64,000 nucleotides of DNA from an uncultured Lentisphaerales bacterium. GTDB taxonomy: Bacteria > Verrucomicrobiota > Lentisphaeria > JABSQK01 > UBA12247. Position numbers and translations under genes: made by a program. Each line of letters begins with the position of its first letter. Position 1 is the stretch's first letter. The stretch lies in contig CALSSJ010000010.1 of assembly GCA_943788985.1 (NCBI GenBank), positions 128,001 to 192,000 on the forward strand, written 5' to 3'. The notes under the pieces are model-generated. The model worked only from the letters and a program-made list of their open reading frames with translations, was not told the DNA's origin and searched no databases. Positions 49,910 through 60,451 of the stretch are shown here, piece after piece.

Positions 49910-52900
49910 CTACCGGAACTTTCGCACGGGTTGTGCATCCATAAACAGCTGAAAACGCGCTCGTACGCGCAAATATGCATCGTCTGGCACCTCGATCGGC
50001 AGCAGGCTCTGCAGCTTCAAATTCTTCGCGCCCCACGGCTTATCGTTTTCTTCCGTGATGCGTTCCGTAAGGATCCGTGCGTATTGCTCGCGCTCCGCTT
50101 CGTGGGCAATCGTCATGTCAGCCCAAGGCTTCGCCATATTGCGATCCAGCGCGTTTCTCAACGGCAGTAGCTGATAGTTAGCGGCACCGGCCACCAGTAC
50201 CACTTTCTGCAGAAACTGTGCCGAAGCCGCCATGCTGATCGACCAGCGCCAGCTCCGGACTCCCCCGTCGAAGGCCAGGGTCACCGTGAACGGGGCATCG
50301 CCAATCATCCGCTCTTCCTCAGGAACTGCGGAGTCCGCAACTTTGAGCGTGAGAAAGAACAGAAAGGCGCGGAGCGCATCGACCGTGGGATCACTCCCGA
50401 AGATCTTCCCCCTGACCACATCCAGATGCTCGCAGGCACCAGTCTCCGGATCGCGCCAGACGTGACGCAGGTCGCCCGCCAGTTCGATCTCCGCAATCTC
50501 CGGGTTGCCGCAGTGGAATGCTCCAGCCCGTTGCTCGCTGCCCAGGCTCAGGCGAGCGTGGTAGTCGGGCTGCGCGATATTTTGCAGCAGGTCCTCGAGG
50601 CCCGGAGAGCGATCGCCTCCCTTCAGGCGCTGCCCGAGCTTGTCCAGCAACGCGTGCCGGTCGATGTTGCCGAACTCTTCATCAGGAGCGTGTCCCGCGG
50701 CTTGCCGCATGGCATGTTGATCCGCAATCCACTGGGTTCCCAATGCCGTCGCCTGCGTCAGCGTTTCCCCATGTCCAACTTGGTCAATCATCTCATGGCA
50801 CGCATCGAGGACCAGATTCAGCGCCTCGCGCTTGTCCGTAATAAACGGCTCCTGATCAAACGTCGTTGTATCCGCGTCTGTCAGATCCGCCTCATACAGC
50901 CGCAAATGCCGCCGCAACGTCGCTTGCACCGGGTTGTACAGCGCCCAGTACAGATCATCCACCGTGACCCGGTCGCAGTCGGGCTGCGCCTCTTCGCTCG
51001 CCTCCGGAAGCTGGCTCTGGCGCCGCGCGATCGATCGCTTCGCTTGCGCCTGATCCTTTGCCGATAGCTGCCCAGCTGCCGCCAACTCAGCCACCGCTAC
51101 CTCCCATACATCCCGGTCCAGCTGCGTCATCCAGGGACCAGCCTCTTCCGTAAAATAGCGCCCGCTGGTCGCCTTGAGCGGCATCATCGTCAGCGGAAAC
51201 CTCTCGCCGGTCATCTCCCCCAAGTAGTCCAGCACGGCCTGCAAGGCGGACCCCGGATGGTGCACCTGATCCTTCTGTAAATCACGACACACGTAGCTGA
51301 GCGACAGTCGCTGGCGCGCGGAGACCAGCGTCTCGAGAAACCAGTACTGCTGTTGCTCCAGGCGCGAAAGATCCCCCAACCGGCGACGCACCGCCCGCAG
51401 GTCCAGCGTCGTCTGGGTATCGCGCGTCGGAAACGATCCCTCCTGCAAGCCCAGGACGTAGATGTGTCGAAATGGCAGGCAGTGCAGCGCCCGGATGGGC
51501 CCAATCGTAACCCCCGACGCCAACGCCCGACCATGAGAGCCGCTGCCAGCTCGCAGCAGTGGCTCCAGCCGCGCCGTCACATCCTCAATCGTAAGCCGCG
51601 ACTGCGCCCTGCCCAGGTGTCCGCAGCACACATCGTACTCGCGAAGTGTTTCCAGCCCCCGCCGAACCCGACGTCGCATCCGCGCATCAGCGTAGCTCTG
51701 GCTGTCGTCCAAAAACGTGTCTGCCAGTGCACTCAACGCCGCTGCCCATTGGCCCCCGGTTTGCGAACTCCGCACCCCCTCAAGCCTCGCAAACAGCGCC
51801 TCGAGAATCGCCCCGAACTGGCCCACGCGCTCCTCGTCCAACGACGCCAGATCTGCGTACGGCGGCAGCGGAAGTTGCGAAGTCCGCAACGCCAACTCGT
51901 CGTACTCCTCCCCCAGCGCTGCCATGTCGGTCTCGTAGATGTGCCCCAGCCGCAGCCGGCGAAAGGCCTGCATCCAGGTGAACCGCACCGACCCGGACGG
52001 CTGCTCCCGGAACCCATGATAGACCGCCAGCTTCTCGATCCAGACCACCCATTGGTCCACCTCATCTCGCGTCAGCCGCATGCTGCTCAGAAAGCAATTG
52101 TTGCGCAGCAGGCTCACCACCTCGGGTCGCGTCAGGCGCCCTTCCGCCAGCGTCAGCAACGCCCGCACGCCGTCCGCGTAGGCACAATAGCTGCTGCGCC
52201 CCGTTTCCACCGCGCAGTACGGCAACTGCGCTTCGGTCCGGTCAAAAAGCTGGCGAACCACCGGCCAGTACTGATCTATATTCGGCACCAGCACCGCGAT
52301 ATCCGTAAGCTCCAGACTAGTGTCCTGCCCCAACGCCAGCAGAATCGCCTGTTGCACGCACTCCACCTCACGATGAATCCCCTGACAGGCGGACACAGTG
52401 ATCGAGTCGTCGCGGCTCGTGTGCCCATCAGGCGCTGCGCGTGTCAAAATCTGCTGTTGCAGAGTCGCCAACAGCCCGGCCTCTCTCGGAACCGAATCAT
52501 CCAACAACTGCACCTCGCAAGGAACGTGATCCAGCGCCCGTTCCTCGAGGTCACTTAACAACCGGATCATCTCCCGGCCAGCCTTGCCGAACTGTTTAAG
52601 CAGCACGTTGTCACCGGGGTCTGCTGCGATCTCCGCACCCTCGTCACTCTCATTCAGTTGCCAACCGCGCGTGCGCAGCCAGCGGTCCTCGCGAGGCGTG
52701 CTGATATCCTCCCAAAATTCCGAACAAAGATTCAGCTGGTACAGCGACAAATCCATAAACTGCCCGAGGCGCAGTAGCAGGTCACGGTGAAACGAAGACA
52801 CCCCGCCCACCGCAAAAAGGTACGCATGCTTCCCGGTCGCCTTGTCCAGCGTCAGCGACGACAGCACATCCGTCGCGTAGTGCCGCAAGGTCCGGTGTGC

Positions 52901-53476
52901 CGGAAACGCCTGCGGCATCAAGCCTTCCCGGCCGAAGAGATCATGAAACAGCGTGCGTTGCGCGGCCTCGCGGGACGCGTCTTCTGCAGGAAACCGCGGA
53001 ATCGGCACCCCCATCTCCCAATGCCGAACCCAATCTTCCCGGTGGTATTCATACTCGAGAAACAACCGTGCCAGCTGGTCGCACAGCTGGCGTCGTCGCC
53101 GGGCGACGGACGCCGGGGCACCCGCCAGATATTCCTTGATCGGGGCCAGTCCGTCACGAGAGAGGTCCGCGCTGAGGATCGCCGACAGCGCCTCGGCCAC
53201 CAACTCCGTGGGCAACACTTCGGGGGGCTGCGCCGAGTGATCTAGGGTGCCCAACGCCTCGCGAAGGCCGTCCTCGAGATAGCGATACGTCACATTCGCC
53301 ACCACGCCGCAGCGCTCAGAAAGATGCGCCTCCAGCCAGCGTTGGGTCATGCTGTTCGGGGTAATGATCAGCGGCGACTCGAACGGATCCCCTGTCTGTT
53401 GGCGGTCCACAATTGCCGCGCCCAGGCGATCGGCCAGTGGCTCAAGAACCGGGCCGAAATGCAGCTCAATCGCCAT
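49910..53476 (-). CDS. recC: Exodeoxyribonuclease V gamma subunit
   Basis: DPFE, NLCSEFWED, LLKQFGKAGR, LLATLQQQI, REVE, DIAVLVP and FLETLVSARQRLSLSY. RBS AGGAG. Confidence 0.88.
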   Translation of the reverse strand: MAIELHFGPVLEPLADRLGAAIVDRQQTGDPFESPLIITPNSMTQRWLEAHLSERCGVVANVTYRYLEDGLREALGTLDHSAQPPEVLPTELVAEALSAILSADLSRDGLAPIKEYLAGAPASVARRRRQLCDQLARLFLEYEYHREDWVRHWEMGVPIPRFPAEDASREAAQRTLFHDLFGREGLMPQAFPAHRTLRHYATDVLSSLTLDKATGKHAYLFAVGGVSSFHRDLLLRLGQFMDLSLYQLNLCSEFWEDISTPREDRWLRTRGWQLNESDEGAEIAADPGDNVLLKQFGKAGREMIRLLSDLEERALDHVPCEVQLLDDSVPREAGLLATLQQQILTRAAPDGHTSRDDSITVSACQGIHREVECVQQAILLALGQDTSLELTDIAVLVPNIDQYWPVVRQLFDRTEAQLPYCAVETGRSSYCAYADGVRALLTLAEGRLTRPEVVSLLRNNCFLSSMRLTRDEVDQWVVWIEKLAVYHGFREQPSGSVRFTWMQAFRRLRLGHIYETDMAALGEEYDELALRTSQLPLPPYADLASLDEERVGQFGAILEALFARLEGVRSSQTGGQWAAALSALADTFLDDSQSYADARMRRRVRRGLETLREYDVCCGHLGRAQSRLTIEDVTARLEPLLRAGSGSHGRALASGVTIGPIRALHCLPFRHIYVLGLQEGSFPTRDTQTTLDLRAVRRRLGDLSRLEQQQYWFLETLVSARQRLSLSYVCRDLQKDQVHHPGSALQAVLDYLGEMTGERFPLTMMPLKATSGRYFTEEAGPWMTQLDRDVWEVAVAELAAAGQLSAKDQAQAKRSIARRQSQLPEASEEAQPDCDRVTVDDLYWALYNPVQATLRRHLRLYEADLTDADTTTFDQEPFITDKREALNLVLDACHEMIDQVGHGETLTQATALGTQWIADQHAMRQAAGHAPDEEFGNIDRHALLDKLGQRLKGGDRSPGLEDLLQNIAQPDYHARLSLGSEQRAGAFHCGNPEIAEIELAGDLRHVWRDPETGACEHLDVVRGKIFGSDPTVDALRAFLFFLTLKVADSAVPEEERMIGDAPFTVTLAFDGGVRSWRWSISMAASAQFLQKVVLVAGAANYQLLPLRNALDRNMAKPWADMTIAHEAEREQYARILTERITEENDKPWGAKNLKLQSLLPIEVPDDAYLRVRARFQLFMDAQPVRKFR

Positions 53477-53966
53477 TTTTCTCCTGGCGTGCGTCCTTTT
53501 CTTCCTGCCGCCGCCGCTCAAAGAACGAGCGCAGCACGTCCAGGCATTCCTCCTGCAGGACACCCGCAGTCACCTCAACCTGATGCAGCATGCCCGGAAA
53601 GCCGGTGATATCCAGCGCTCCGCCCGCAGCCCCGCTGCGCGGATCACCGACGCCGAATACGACGCGACTCAGCCTACTGTTCACCATCGCCCCGGCGCAC
53701 ATCGCACACGGTTCCTTGGTTACGTACAAGGTGGCTTCCAAAAGCCGCCAGCAGCCAAGCGCACTCGACGCCTGCGTCAGCGCCAGAATCTCTGCGTGTG
53801 CCGTCGCGTCTTGGAGCATTTCTACTTGGTTGAAAGCCCGGGCTACCACTTGGCCATTGGCCACGACCACCGCCCCTACCGGGACCTCATTCTGATCAGC
53901 AGCCTTGCACGCTTCACGCAACGCCATGCGCATGAAGGTCTCGTCGTTACGGTTCAATACATCCAT
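53466..53966 (-). CDS. tadA: tRNA adenosine(34) deaminase
   Basis: EVPVGAV, DATAHAE, TLYVTKEPCAMCAGA and FFERRR. Confidence 0.93.
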   Translation of the reverse strand: MDVLNRNDETFMRMALREACKAADQNEVPVGAVVVANGQVVARAFNQVEMLQDATAHAEILALTQASSALGCWRLLEATLYVTKEPCAMCAGAMVNSRLSRVVFGVGDPRSGAAGGALDITGFPGMLHQVEVTAGVLQEECLDVLRSFFERRRQEEKDARQEKNGD

Positions 53967-54169
53967 CTCTGCTCCCGATCCTGCGCCATCGCCAGCCGCA
54001 CATGTAGTGCACAATTGCCGCTCGGTCCACTTGATCCAGCGCCGGCGTGTCTCCGATTCGTCCGGGCGAAGAAACAATTACTCTCCTCAGCTTTCACGTG
54101 GCAGAGTCCCGGCGCGCCTTTACCATATCCGCGTCAGCACGCATTAGATTTCCCACAGGAACTTGCCAC

Positions 54170-55897
54170 TTGGAAAGCGCACATTACCTAAGCGAAGAAC
54201 ACATCCTCATCTTTCTCCTGCAGCTCTGTCTGTTACTAGGGGTTGCAAAGGTGCTTGGGGAGCTGGGACGTAAGTGGGGCTGTCCGCCGCTTGCTGGCGA
54301 GATCCTGACCGGTATTCTGCTCGGTCCGACCATCCTCGGGCGGGCGCTTCCAGAGTTGCAACTGCATTTATTCCCGCCCGATGTCACCCATCAGACGATG
54401 CTCGACACAGTCTCCTGGCTGGGCGTGCTCTTTCTCCTGCTGATCACCGGCTTCGAGGTTAACGTTTCCTCTGTCTGGAAACAGGGCAGGGCCGCGATGA
54501 CGATCGGTATCATTGGCGTCATCGTCCCGATGGCTGTCGGCTGCGCCGTATTCTGGTGGCTACCTGAGCGATACTACGGCAGCGCGGCCACGCAGCTTAC
54601 CTTTACCCTATTTATGGCCACCGCCGCCTCGATCAGCGCGATCACGGTCATCGCCCGCGTCCTCCATGACCTCGACGTGCTCCGCAGCGATGTCGGGCTC
54701 ACCACCCTCTCCGGCTTCATCGTCAATGATCTGTTCGGCTGGCTGATCTTCACCGTCGTTCTAGGCTTGTCCACGCAAGGCGGCGGCGGGTTCGAGAAGA
54801 CCGTGATGGTCTTCGTGCTCATCGTTTCGTTTGGCGCCTTCTGCCTCACTATCGGCAGCAAATTGGTCGGGTATGTCATGACCTGGCTCAACAAGACCAA
54901 CCTGCCTCAGCCAGCCACCACTCTGGCCGTGGTCTCCTGCCTGGGCCTCGCGTGTGGTGCGGTCACCCAAGCCATCGGCATCCACGCCATTCTGGGCTTC
55001 TTCATCGCTGGCATCATGGCCGGCAGTTCACCTGCCGTCTCAGAGCGTTCGCGCGAAATCATCTCGCAGATGATCCACGCAGTCTTCGTCCCCATCTTCT
55101 TTGCCTCCATCGGGCTCAAAATCGACTTTCTCAGCAACCTCGACGCACTCGTTGTCGTGGCCTTCACCTTGGTCGCCGTTGGCGGCAAGATGGGCGGTGC
55201 TTGGCTTGCCGCAGTCTTGTCCAAATTTAGCGCTGCAGACGCCCTTGCCATCGGCATCGCCTTCATTCCTGGCGGCGCCATGGAGATCATCCTCGGCATG
55301 CTGGCGTTGGAGCTGAAGCTCATCTCAGAAGATACCTTCGTGGCGATCGTGTTTGCCGCTATCCTCTCGTCCGTCATCGTCGGCCCGCTCTATGCCTGGG
55401 CGATTCGCCGTCAGCCAGGGCTCGACATTGGTGGCATCCTTAGCAAAGCCGGTCTGCTCGCCAGCATCCAGGGCCAGGATCGCTGGGATGTAATACCAGA
55501 ACTGTGCCAGCGACTCCCCCACGGGTTGGCCCCCCAAAGCCAGGAAGAGATCCAGCAAGCCGTGCGTGAGCGCGAGGAGCTGATGGGCACCGGATTGGAA
55601 GGCGGCGTGGCCGTGCCGCATGCGCGCTTGCCAGGACTGCAAAAGCCGGTTATTCTCTTTGGGCGCTCGCAGCATGGGATCGAGTGGGATTGCCGCGATG
55701 GCGTACCCGTTAAGTTTGTCTTTCTTATCCTGACCTCAGAAGAGCAGACCGACGTCCAGATTCCTATCCTGTCCGCCATCGCCATGGCCATGACCAACGA
55801 CGATATTCGCACCAGCATCGAAACCACATCAGCCAGCGACCTTCACAAGACACTTTCACGCGCACTGCGCGACGCCTCCAAGAAACGCCGCAGCTGA
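54170..55897 (+). CDS. CPA2 cation:proton antiporter with C-terminal PTS EIIA domain
   Basis: GEILTGILLGPT, NDLFGW, FVPIFFASIG and VGGK, then REELMGTGLEGGVAVPHAR. Confidence 0.9.
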   Translation: MESAHYLSEEHILIFLLQLCLLLGVAKVLGELGRKWGCPPLAGEILTGILLGPTILGRALPELQLHLFPPDVTHQTMLDTVSWLGVLFLLLITGFEVNVSSVWKQGRAAMTIGIIGVIVPMAVGCAVFWWLPERYYGSAATQLTFTLFMATAASISAITVIARVLHDLDVLRSDVGLTTLSGFIVNDLFGWLIFTVVLGLSTQGGGGFEKTVMVFVLIVSFGAFCLTIGSKLVGYVMTWLNKTNLPQPATTLAVVSCLGLACGAVTQAIGIHAILGFFIAGIMAGSSPAVSERSREIISQMIHAVFVPIFFASIGLKIDFLSNLDALVVVAFTLVAVGGKMGGAWLAAVLSKFSAADALAIGIAFIPGGAMEIILGMLALELKLISEDTFVAIVFAAILSSVIVGPLYAWAIRRQPGLDIGGILSKAGLLASIQGQDRWDVIPELCQRLPHGLAPQSQEEIQQAVREREELMGTGLEGGVAVPHARLPGLQKPVILFGRSQHGIEWDCRDGVPVKFVFLILTSEEQTDVQIPILSAIAMAMTNDDIRTSIETTSASDLHKTLSRALRDASKKRRS

Positions 55898-55932
55898 CAC
55901 GCCCTTTCCTCCCATCGAACAGTGACCACCCC

Positions 55933-56223
55933 ATGAAGAAAACGTTCAGCCTCACCCATAAGAAGATCAAACCGGCCCGCGTGGCAGAAGGCATTCGCTG
56001 CGAGATCAACCGTTACCTCAAACGCGAGCGCCGCCGCGAGTTGCCCGAGGGCAAAGATTTCTGGGACTTTGACTGCCGCTATGGCGCGACCGAGGCCGAG
56101 GCCAAGACGATTCACGTGACCGAACTAAATGCTTCGGTGATGGCCGCCGAAGCCGCGAACCTCGGATCCTGCTACATCGAGATTCTTCGCAAGGCTGCTA
56201 AGCGCACCAAGAAGCCCGAGTAA
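55933..56223 (+). CDS. Small conserved basic protein (DUF6172-like)
   Basis: MKKTF, YLKRERRRELPEG and FWDFDCRYG. Confidence 0.75.
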   Translation: MKKTFSLTHKKIKPARVAEGIRCEINRYLKRERRRELPEGKDFWDFDCRYGATEAEAKTIHVTELNASVMAAEAANLGSCYIEILRKAAKRTKKPE

Positions 56224-56250
56224 GTCTGCGCAGATTTCTGTGTGTTACTC

Positions 56251-56733
56251 TTAATCTTGACGCCCTCCAGTTAGACCATTCATCCTCGCTCCGCCATCAT
56301 TCAGCGTCGCTATCGGGCCGAGTCCTTGCTCTGCCTGCGCCGTCCTGACTAGCAACGTCGCTACGCCTCCGCCCAGCGACAGGCAGCCATAGAAGCCCTC
56401 GTCCCAGATTTTCAGGTCGGGGGCACTCAGGCATTTGCGCATTGCGCGTAAAACTCAGCCTTCCATGCGGGACACGTGGTTGCCGATCACGTACTTCGGC
56501 TCACGCGGCACAATTGCCAGGCCGTGCAAGTGGTCCGGTATCACGGCGGTCACGCACAACTCGTAGGCTGGGTCTTCTTCGGCGATCTTGCGTCAGGCCT
56601 CCATGAGTCGCTCACCAGCAGGCTCGAGCCCTATGATAGGCGACAGCCATGGTCTTGGCTTGAGTGTGCCAAAGGTGACAAAGTGGGAGCCCTTCCCGCG
56701 GTAGTCATACCCGCGTACTCTCACATTTCCCAT
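56251..56733 (-). pseudogene. Decayed REP-associated tyrosine transposase (RAYT, Y1/HUH family)
   Basis: RBS AAGAGG, then RVRGYDY..HFVT, VIPDHLHG (HUH) and IWDEGFY. In-frame TGA at 56595 and 56457. Confidence 0.75.
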
Positions 56734-57234
56734 GTGGCTATTCCTCTTACGTTCTCTATGATGTCCGCCGCAAGCGACGGTATGACCTGGCTCTTCAATC
56801 CTCGGGCCCATCCGGCCCGTCTTGCTTGTCGAAGGCATTGCGCATCCGGTCGACGATCGCGCCTCCGCCTTTACGGTCTCCTCGATCGGCACCGCTCGAT
56901 GAAGGCGAGCGATGGAGCGGGTCGTGGACAACGTCTCATTCTTGGAAGGATTGCTGAAGGTGTACTCGACGTACTTGCCAACGCGGACGCGGTCAAGATG
57001 CTGAAGGGGACGCTCGTCGTAGACCTGCTCATCGTTCAGAAAGGTGCCGTTGCGGCTGCTGTAGTCGACCAGAGTGAAGGTGGACTCGTCGTACTTGCGG
57101 ACACCGGCGTGCTCGCGACTGATATCGGCGATGTGCTCGATGATGCAATGGCAGGAGGTCGAGCGCCCAATCAGGTTCAGCGGATGGGAAAGGTGAATCG
57201 TCTCGTCTGCACCATTTCGAATCAAGTCAGCCAC
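56734..57234 (-). CDS. FHA domain protein, now reading through into the RAYT remnant (stop at 56593)
   Basis: IGR, ISREH and SRNGTFLN FHA motifs. GTG 57234 overlaps the aroA stop. Confidence 0.75.
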
Positions 57235-58507
57235 CGTCGCGTGTCTCCAGGATTCCACCAAGTGCGCAATAATGTTGCGCAAACTCTGGAAAAGTAACGC
57301 CTGAGGCTTCTGCTGTCGAGATTTTAGTCTCGCCTTCTGCCTGGCTAGCGGCAATTGCCAAGGACATCACGACACGGTGATCATGGTGACCATTCACGGA
57401 TGCGCCGCGCAGGGAGCTCTCACGAATGACCAAACCGTCCGGAAGTTCCTCGATGTCCGCGCCCATTTTGCGGAGTTCGCCACACATCACGGCGATTCGG
57501 TCGGTCTCCTTCATACGTGCCTGCGGGACGTTGAGCAGGCGGGTCGTGCCTTTGGCAAAGCAGCCAACTACGGCCATCATCGGCAAGGCATCGGGGCAGT
57601 CGTTCATGTCGGCCTCGATCCCGCTGAGCTGGGCGGCGCGCACCTGAATCCCCGCTGCGGACTCCGCAATCTCTGCGCCCATCTCACGGAGAAATCCGAC
57701 CACAGCCTTATCGCTCTGGGCATCGCCCATATCGAGCCCGCTCGAGCAGATGGCGTTGTTGCCAAGGGCGCCAGCGGCCAGGAAGAAGGTGGCGGTAGAG
57801 AAGTCCGCGGGGATGGCTCGATCGAAGGCCTGAAAGGTCTGATTGCCGGGTATTTCAAAATGCTCGAGCCCGTCTCGCTCAAGCTTCACTCCGAGGGATT
57901 CGAGCCAGCGCAGGGTCATTTCTACATACGGGCGCTCGTACAACAGCGGGACATCGATGATGGAGTCGCCGTCCGCTAGAGGGCAGCACAGCAGCAGACT
58001 CGTGAGATATTGGCTGGTCTTGCAGGAAATGCTGGTGTGCCCACCACGCAGAACGCCTGCTACCTCAAAGGGAGCAGCCCCGTCAGGTCCAAGGCTGCGC
58101 GCAGTGGCACCAAGGTCGTTCAACGCGTCGACCAACGGTCCACAGCTGCGGCGCTGAATTTGGGCATCGCCGGTCAGCCGTACGGTTCCCGTCGGGAGGA
58201 GGGCGCAGGTGCCGAGAGCGACGCGCATGGTCGTCCCGGAGTTCATCACATCGAGCTCGGTTTGCGGACTCCGCAAACGCCCGCCAATGCCACGAATCAA
58301 CCAGCGATCTTCTTGTTGGTCGATCTCTGCGCCAAGCGCGCCATAGACGCGGACGGCGGCGGCGGTATCGCTGGATGCCAAGGGCCGGTGCAACACGCTC
58401 TGGCCATCACCCAAGCTGGCGAGTAGAACCGCGCGAATGGTGTGCGACTTCGAGCCCGGGATGTTCACGGTGCCTTGAAGCCCGGCTGGCTGACAGATAA
58501 ACTCCAC
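57227..58507 (-). CDS. aroA: EPSP synthase
   Basis: PGSKSHTIR, NSGTTMR, SQYLTSLL, DFS, KETDRI and DHRVVM. RBS AGGAG, GTG start. Confidence 0.96.
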   Translation of the reverse strand: MEFICQPAGLQGTVNIPGSKSHTIRAVLLASLGDGQSVLHRPLASSDTAAAVRVYGALGAEIDQQEDRWLIRGIGGRLRSPQTELDVMNSGTTMRVALGTCALLPTGTVRLTGDAQIQRRSCGPLVDALNDLGATARSLGPDGAAPFEVAGVLRGGHTSISCKTSQYLTSLLLCCPLADGDSIIDVPLLYERPYVEMTLRWLESLGVKLERDGLEHFEIPGNQTFQAFDRAIPADFSTATFFLAAGALGNNAICSSGLDMGDAQSDKAVVGFLREMGAEIAESAAGIQVRAAQLSGIEADMNDCPDALPMMAVVGCFAKGTTRLLNVPQARMKETDRIAVMCGELRKMGADIEELPDGLVIRESSLRGASVNGHHDHRVVMSLAIAASQAEGETKISTAEASGVTFPEFAQHYCALGGILETRDGG

Positions 58508-58571
58508 GATCTCTCCTGAAAAATCGGTACGATAGTCCCGGGCGGCATAAGTTCCCCCCGCGACGAGCCAG

Positions 58572-60449
58572 TCAGGGCGCCTGGCGTTGGAGTACCGATT
58601 CGTCGAGCATGGGCTCACCGCGGATCCACCACTCTCCGGTCTCGCGCCGGGTCTTGGGATCGGCCAAGGTGTAGTCGTAGAAGACCACCCGCAGGTACGT
58701 CGGTGGGGCGTTGGGGAATGGATTATGGGCAAGCAGTGCGGAGACCGCAGCTGGATCGCTCTGGAGCTTGGCAAGCAGGCGCAGGAAGTAGCTCCGGCTG
58801 CCGTCACGGACTTGTTGCTGGGTCTCGATCCAGAAATGGTAGTTGTGCTTTTTTTGGGAGCGTGCCACAGCGTTCTTCCAACCGCTCTTGGAGAAGGCGA
58901 GGAACCAGAGCTGAAAGTCGAATCGGGGCTGATGAGGGGCGATGAAGCGGGGTGCTTTGTCGGTGGCACCGGGCGCATAGTGGAAGCGATAAGGCAGCCA
59001 GGTTTCGCGGTCGTTGCTGCCCTGGATTTCTGGCATGACGCGCTCGCGGGTGATGCTGGCGAATAGGTGATAGACGTTGACGATCCGAAAGGGGGCGTAG
59101 CAATTGCGCAGGCTGTGCAGAGTCGAAATCGCCGGTCCGCTGGACTTACGATCGAGGGCGAATGTCGCAAACGACACCAGCGAGGCGGTCACCAGCAGTG
59201 TGGCTGGCAGCGCTATGAGTGCGGTGCGGGCCATCCGCCACCGGCGTGGACGAAGCCACAGCGGCGCGACTCGCCCGCGCAGCAGCAGACCCCAGATCCG
59301 ATCGTCCAGCAGGAACAGATTCAGGCACAGCGAAAGTACGTTGAAGAAGGCGTAATTGCCGGTGGCGATGATCCCAAGCTGTAGTCCGCTGAACAGCACG
59401 AACAGAACAGCCCGTATCCGCGGAGTGCTGAAGATGAAGACCGGCAGCAGGATCTCGATGACCAGGGTGGCGAGGGTTTCCCACTCGTGAAATGCTGGTG
59501 GCAGATGGTGCAGGATGTGGGTGAGTGGTGTGGGCAAGGGGACTGTTTGGTAGTAGCTGCCCATGGCGGAAAGGTCGAGCCAGCCGCCACGGCTGCCAGC
59601 CAAGACTTTCGCGCAGCCTGACTCGAAGAGAAGCCGAAACAGCATCCACTGCATGACAAATACACCGATGGGCCCGGGAGAAGGCAGGCCGCGGATTTCG
59701 CGGGCGCCGGGCAACAGTCTGGCACCAGCCATCGGCAGCAGCAAGGCAAGCACACCGAGCTCGAGCAGCAGGTTATCCCACTGGAAATTCAGGAAGGGCG
59801 AGCCGACGCTGCAGAACGAGAGATAGAGGCCGACTTGTGCGAAGATCGCAATGCGTGGCAGCATGCGCAGCCAGATCGGGACGCTGAGCAACGCTCCGAG
59901 CAGGGCCAGCCCGCGCAGCGCGCCGTCCGTGGGCGCGATCCAGCGAAACACGCTGGGTGCCCGGTGCCACGGCACGGCTTGCAACCTTTCAGCGGCGTCA
60001 AGGGCTGGCATCAGCCCGTTTTCTCCCAACAGCGGAATAATCTGCGAGCGCAAAGATAGAAAGGCCACGGCCATGACCGCGGCGAGAAGATGAACGAACA
60101 GGTGGCTGCTGACGGCAAAGCTCTGCTGCGCTGGACGTTCACCCAGTTCGGGACGGGGATCCCAAGGGCGCGGGCCTAGGAGCCAAGTTTGTAGCCAAGT
60201 AGGCCAGCAGTGGAGACGCAGGGCGCGGAGGCAGCGCCAGCGCGGATGACAAAGCAGTGCCTCACGGCGGGCACTGAGCCCGCTAGTGAGCGTGCCGTCC
60301 GCCGCCACCAGGGCCGCCTCCACGGCCTCGTCGTCCTCCACCAGGGAAAGCTGGCCACCGCTCAGCCGTTGAAGGATGGAGATCTCCTGCTGGTCGGCTA
60401 TTGTTGCGGTGGGTGCCCAGATTTCGGGCGGCGGCTCGATTGTGATCAC
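58572..60449 (-). CDS. Lipase maturation factor (LMF1) family membrane protein
   Basis: FLNFQWDNLLLE, FRLLFESG, TVPLP, TGNYAFFN, YHLF and APHQPRFDFQLWF. Confidence 0.9.
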   Translation of the reverse strand: MITIEPPPEIWAPTATIADQQEISILQRLSGGQLSLVEDDEAVEAALVAADGTLTSGLSARREALLCHPRWRCLRALRLHCWPTWLQTWLLGPRPWDPRPELGERPAQQSFAVSSHLFVHLLAAVMAVAFLSLRSQIIPLLGENGLMPALDAAERLQAVPWHRAPSVFRWIAPTDGALRGLALLGALLSVPIWLRMLPRIAIFAQVGLYLSFCSVGSPFLNFQWDNLLLELGVLALLLPMAGARLLPGAREIRGLPSPGPIGVFVMQWMLFRLLFESGCAKVLAGSRGGWLDLSAMGSYYQTVPLPTPLTHILHHLPPAFHEWETLATLVIEILLPVFIFSTPRIRAVLFVLFSGLQLGIIATGNYAFFNVLSLCLNLFLLDDRIWGLLLRGRVAPLWLRPRRWRMARTALIALPATLLVTASLVSFATFALDRKSSGPAISTLHSLRNCYAPFRIVNVYHLFASITRERVMPEIQGSNDRETWLPYRFHYAPGATDKAPRFIAPHQPRFDFQLWFLAFSKSGWKNAVARSQKKHNYHFWIETQQQVRDGSRSYFLRLLAKLQSDPAAVSALLAHNPFPNAPPTYLRVVFYDYTLADPKTRRETGEWWIRGEPMLDESVLQRQAP

Positions 60450-60451
60450 GG

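Noticed and set aside
51353..52558. 401-aa plus-strand ORF inside recC
   Set aside because: An antisense shadow ORF, rich in Arg/Gln/Pro, with no recognisable domain.
5951..56595. Stop-codon reassignment suggested by many in-frame TAG/TGA codons
   Set aside because: Conserved genes end at both TAG (tsf, pdxS, murJ) and TGA (pyrH, pyrG) at the expected positions. Most affected loci also carry frameshifts, deletions or missense damage, so decay is the simpler explanation.
57227..59170. 647-aa ORF suggesting an N-terminally extended AroA
   Set aside because: The extension overlaps the LMF1 gene in another frame. A GTG with an AGGAG RBS at 58507 gives a normal AroA.
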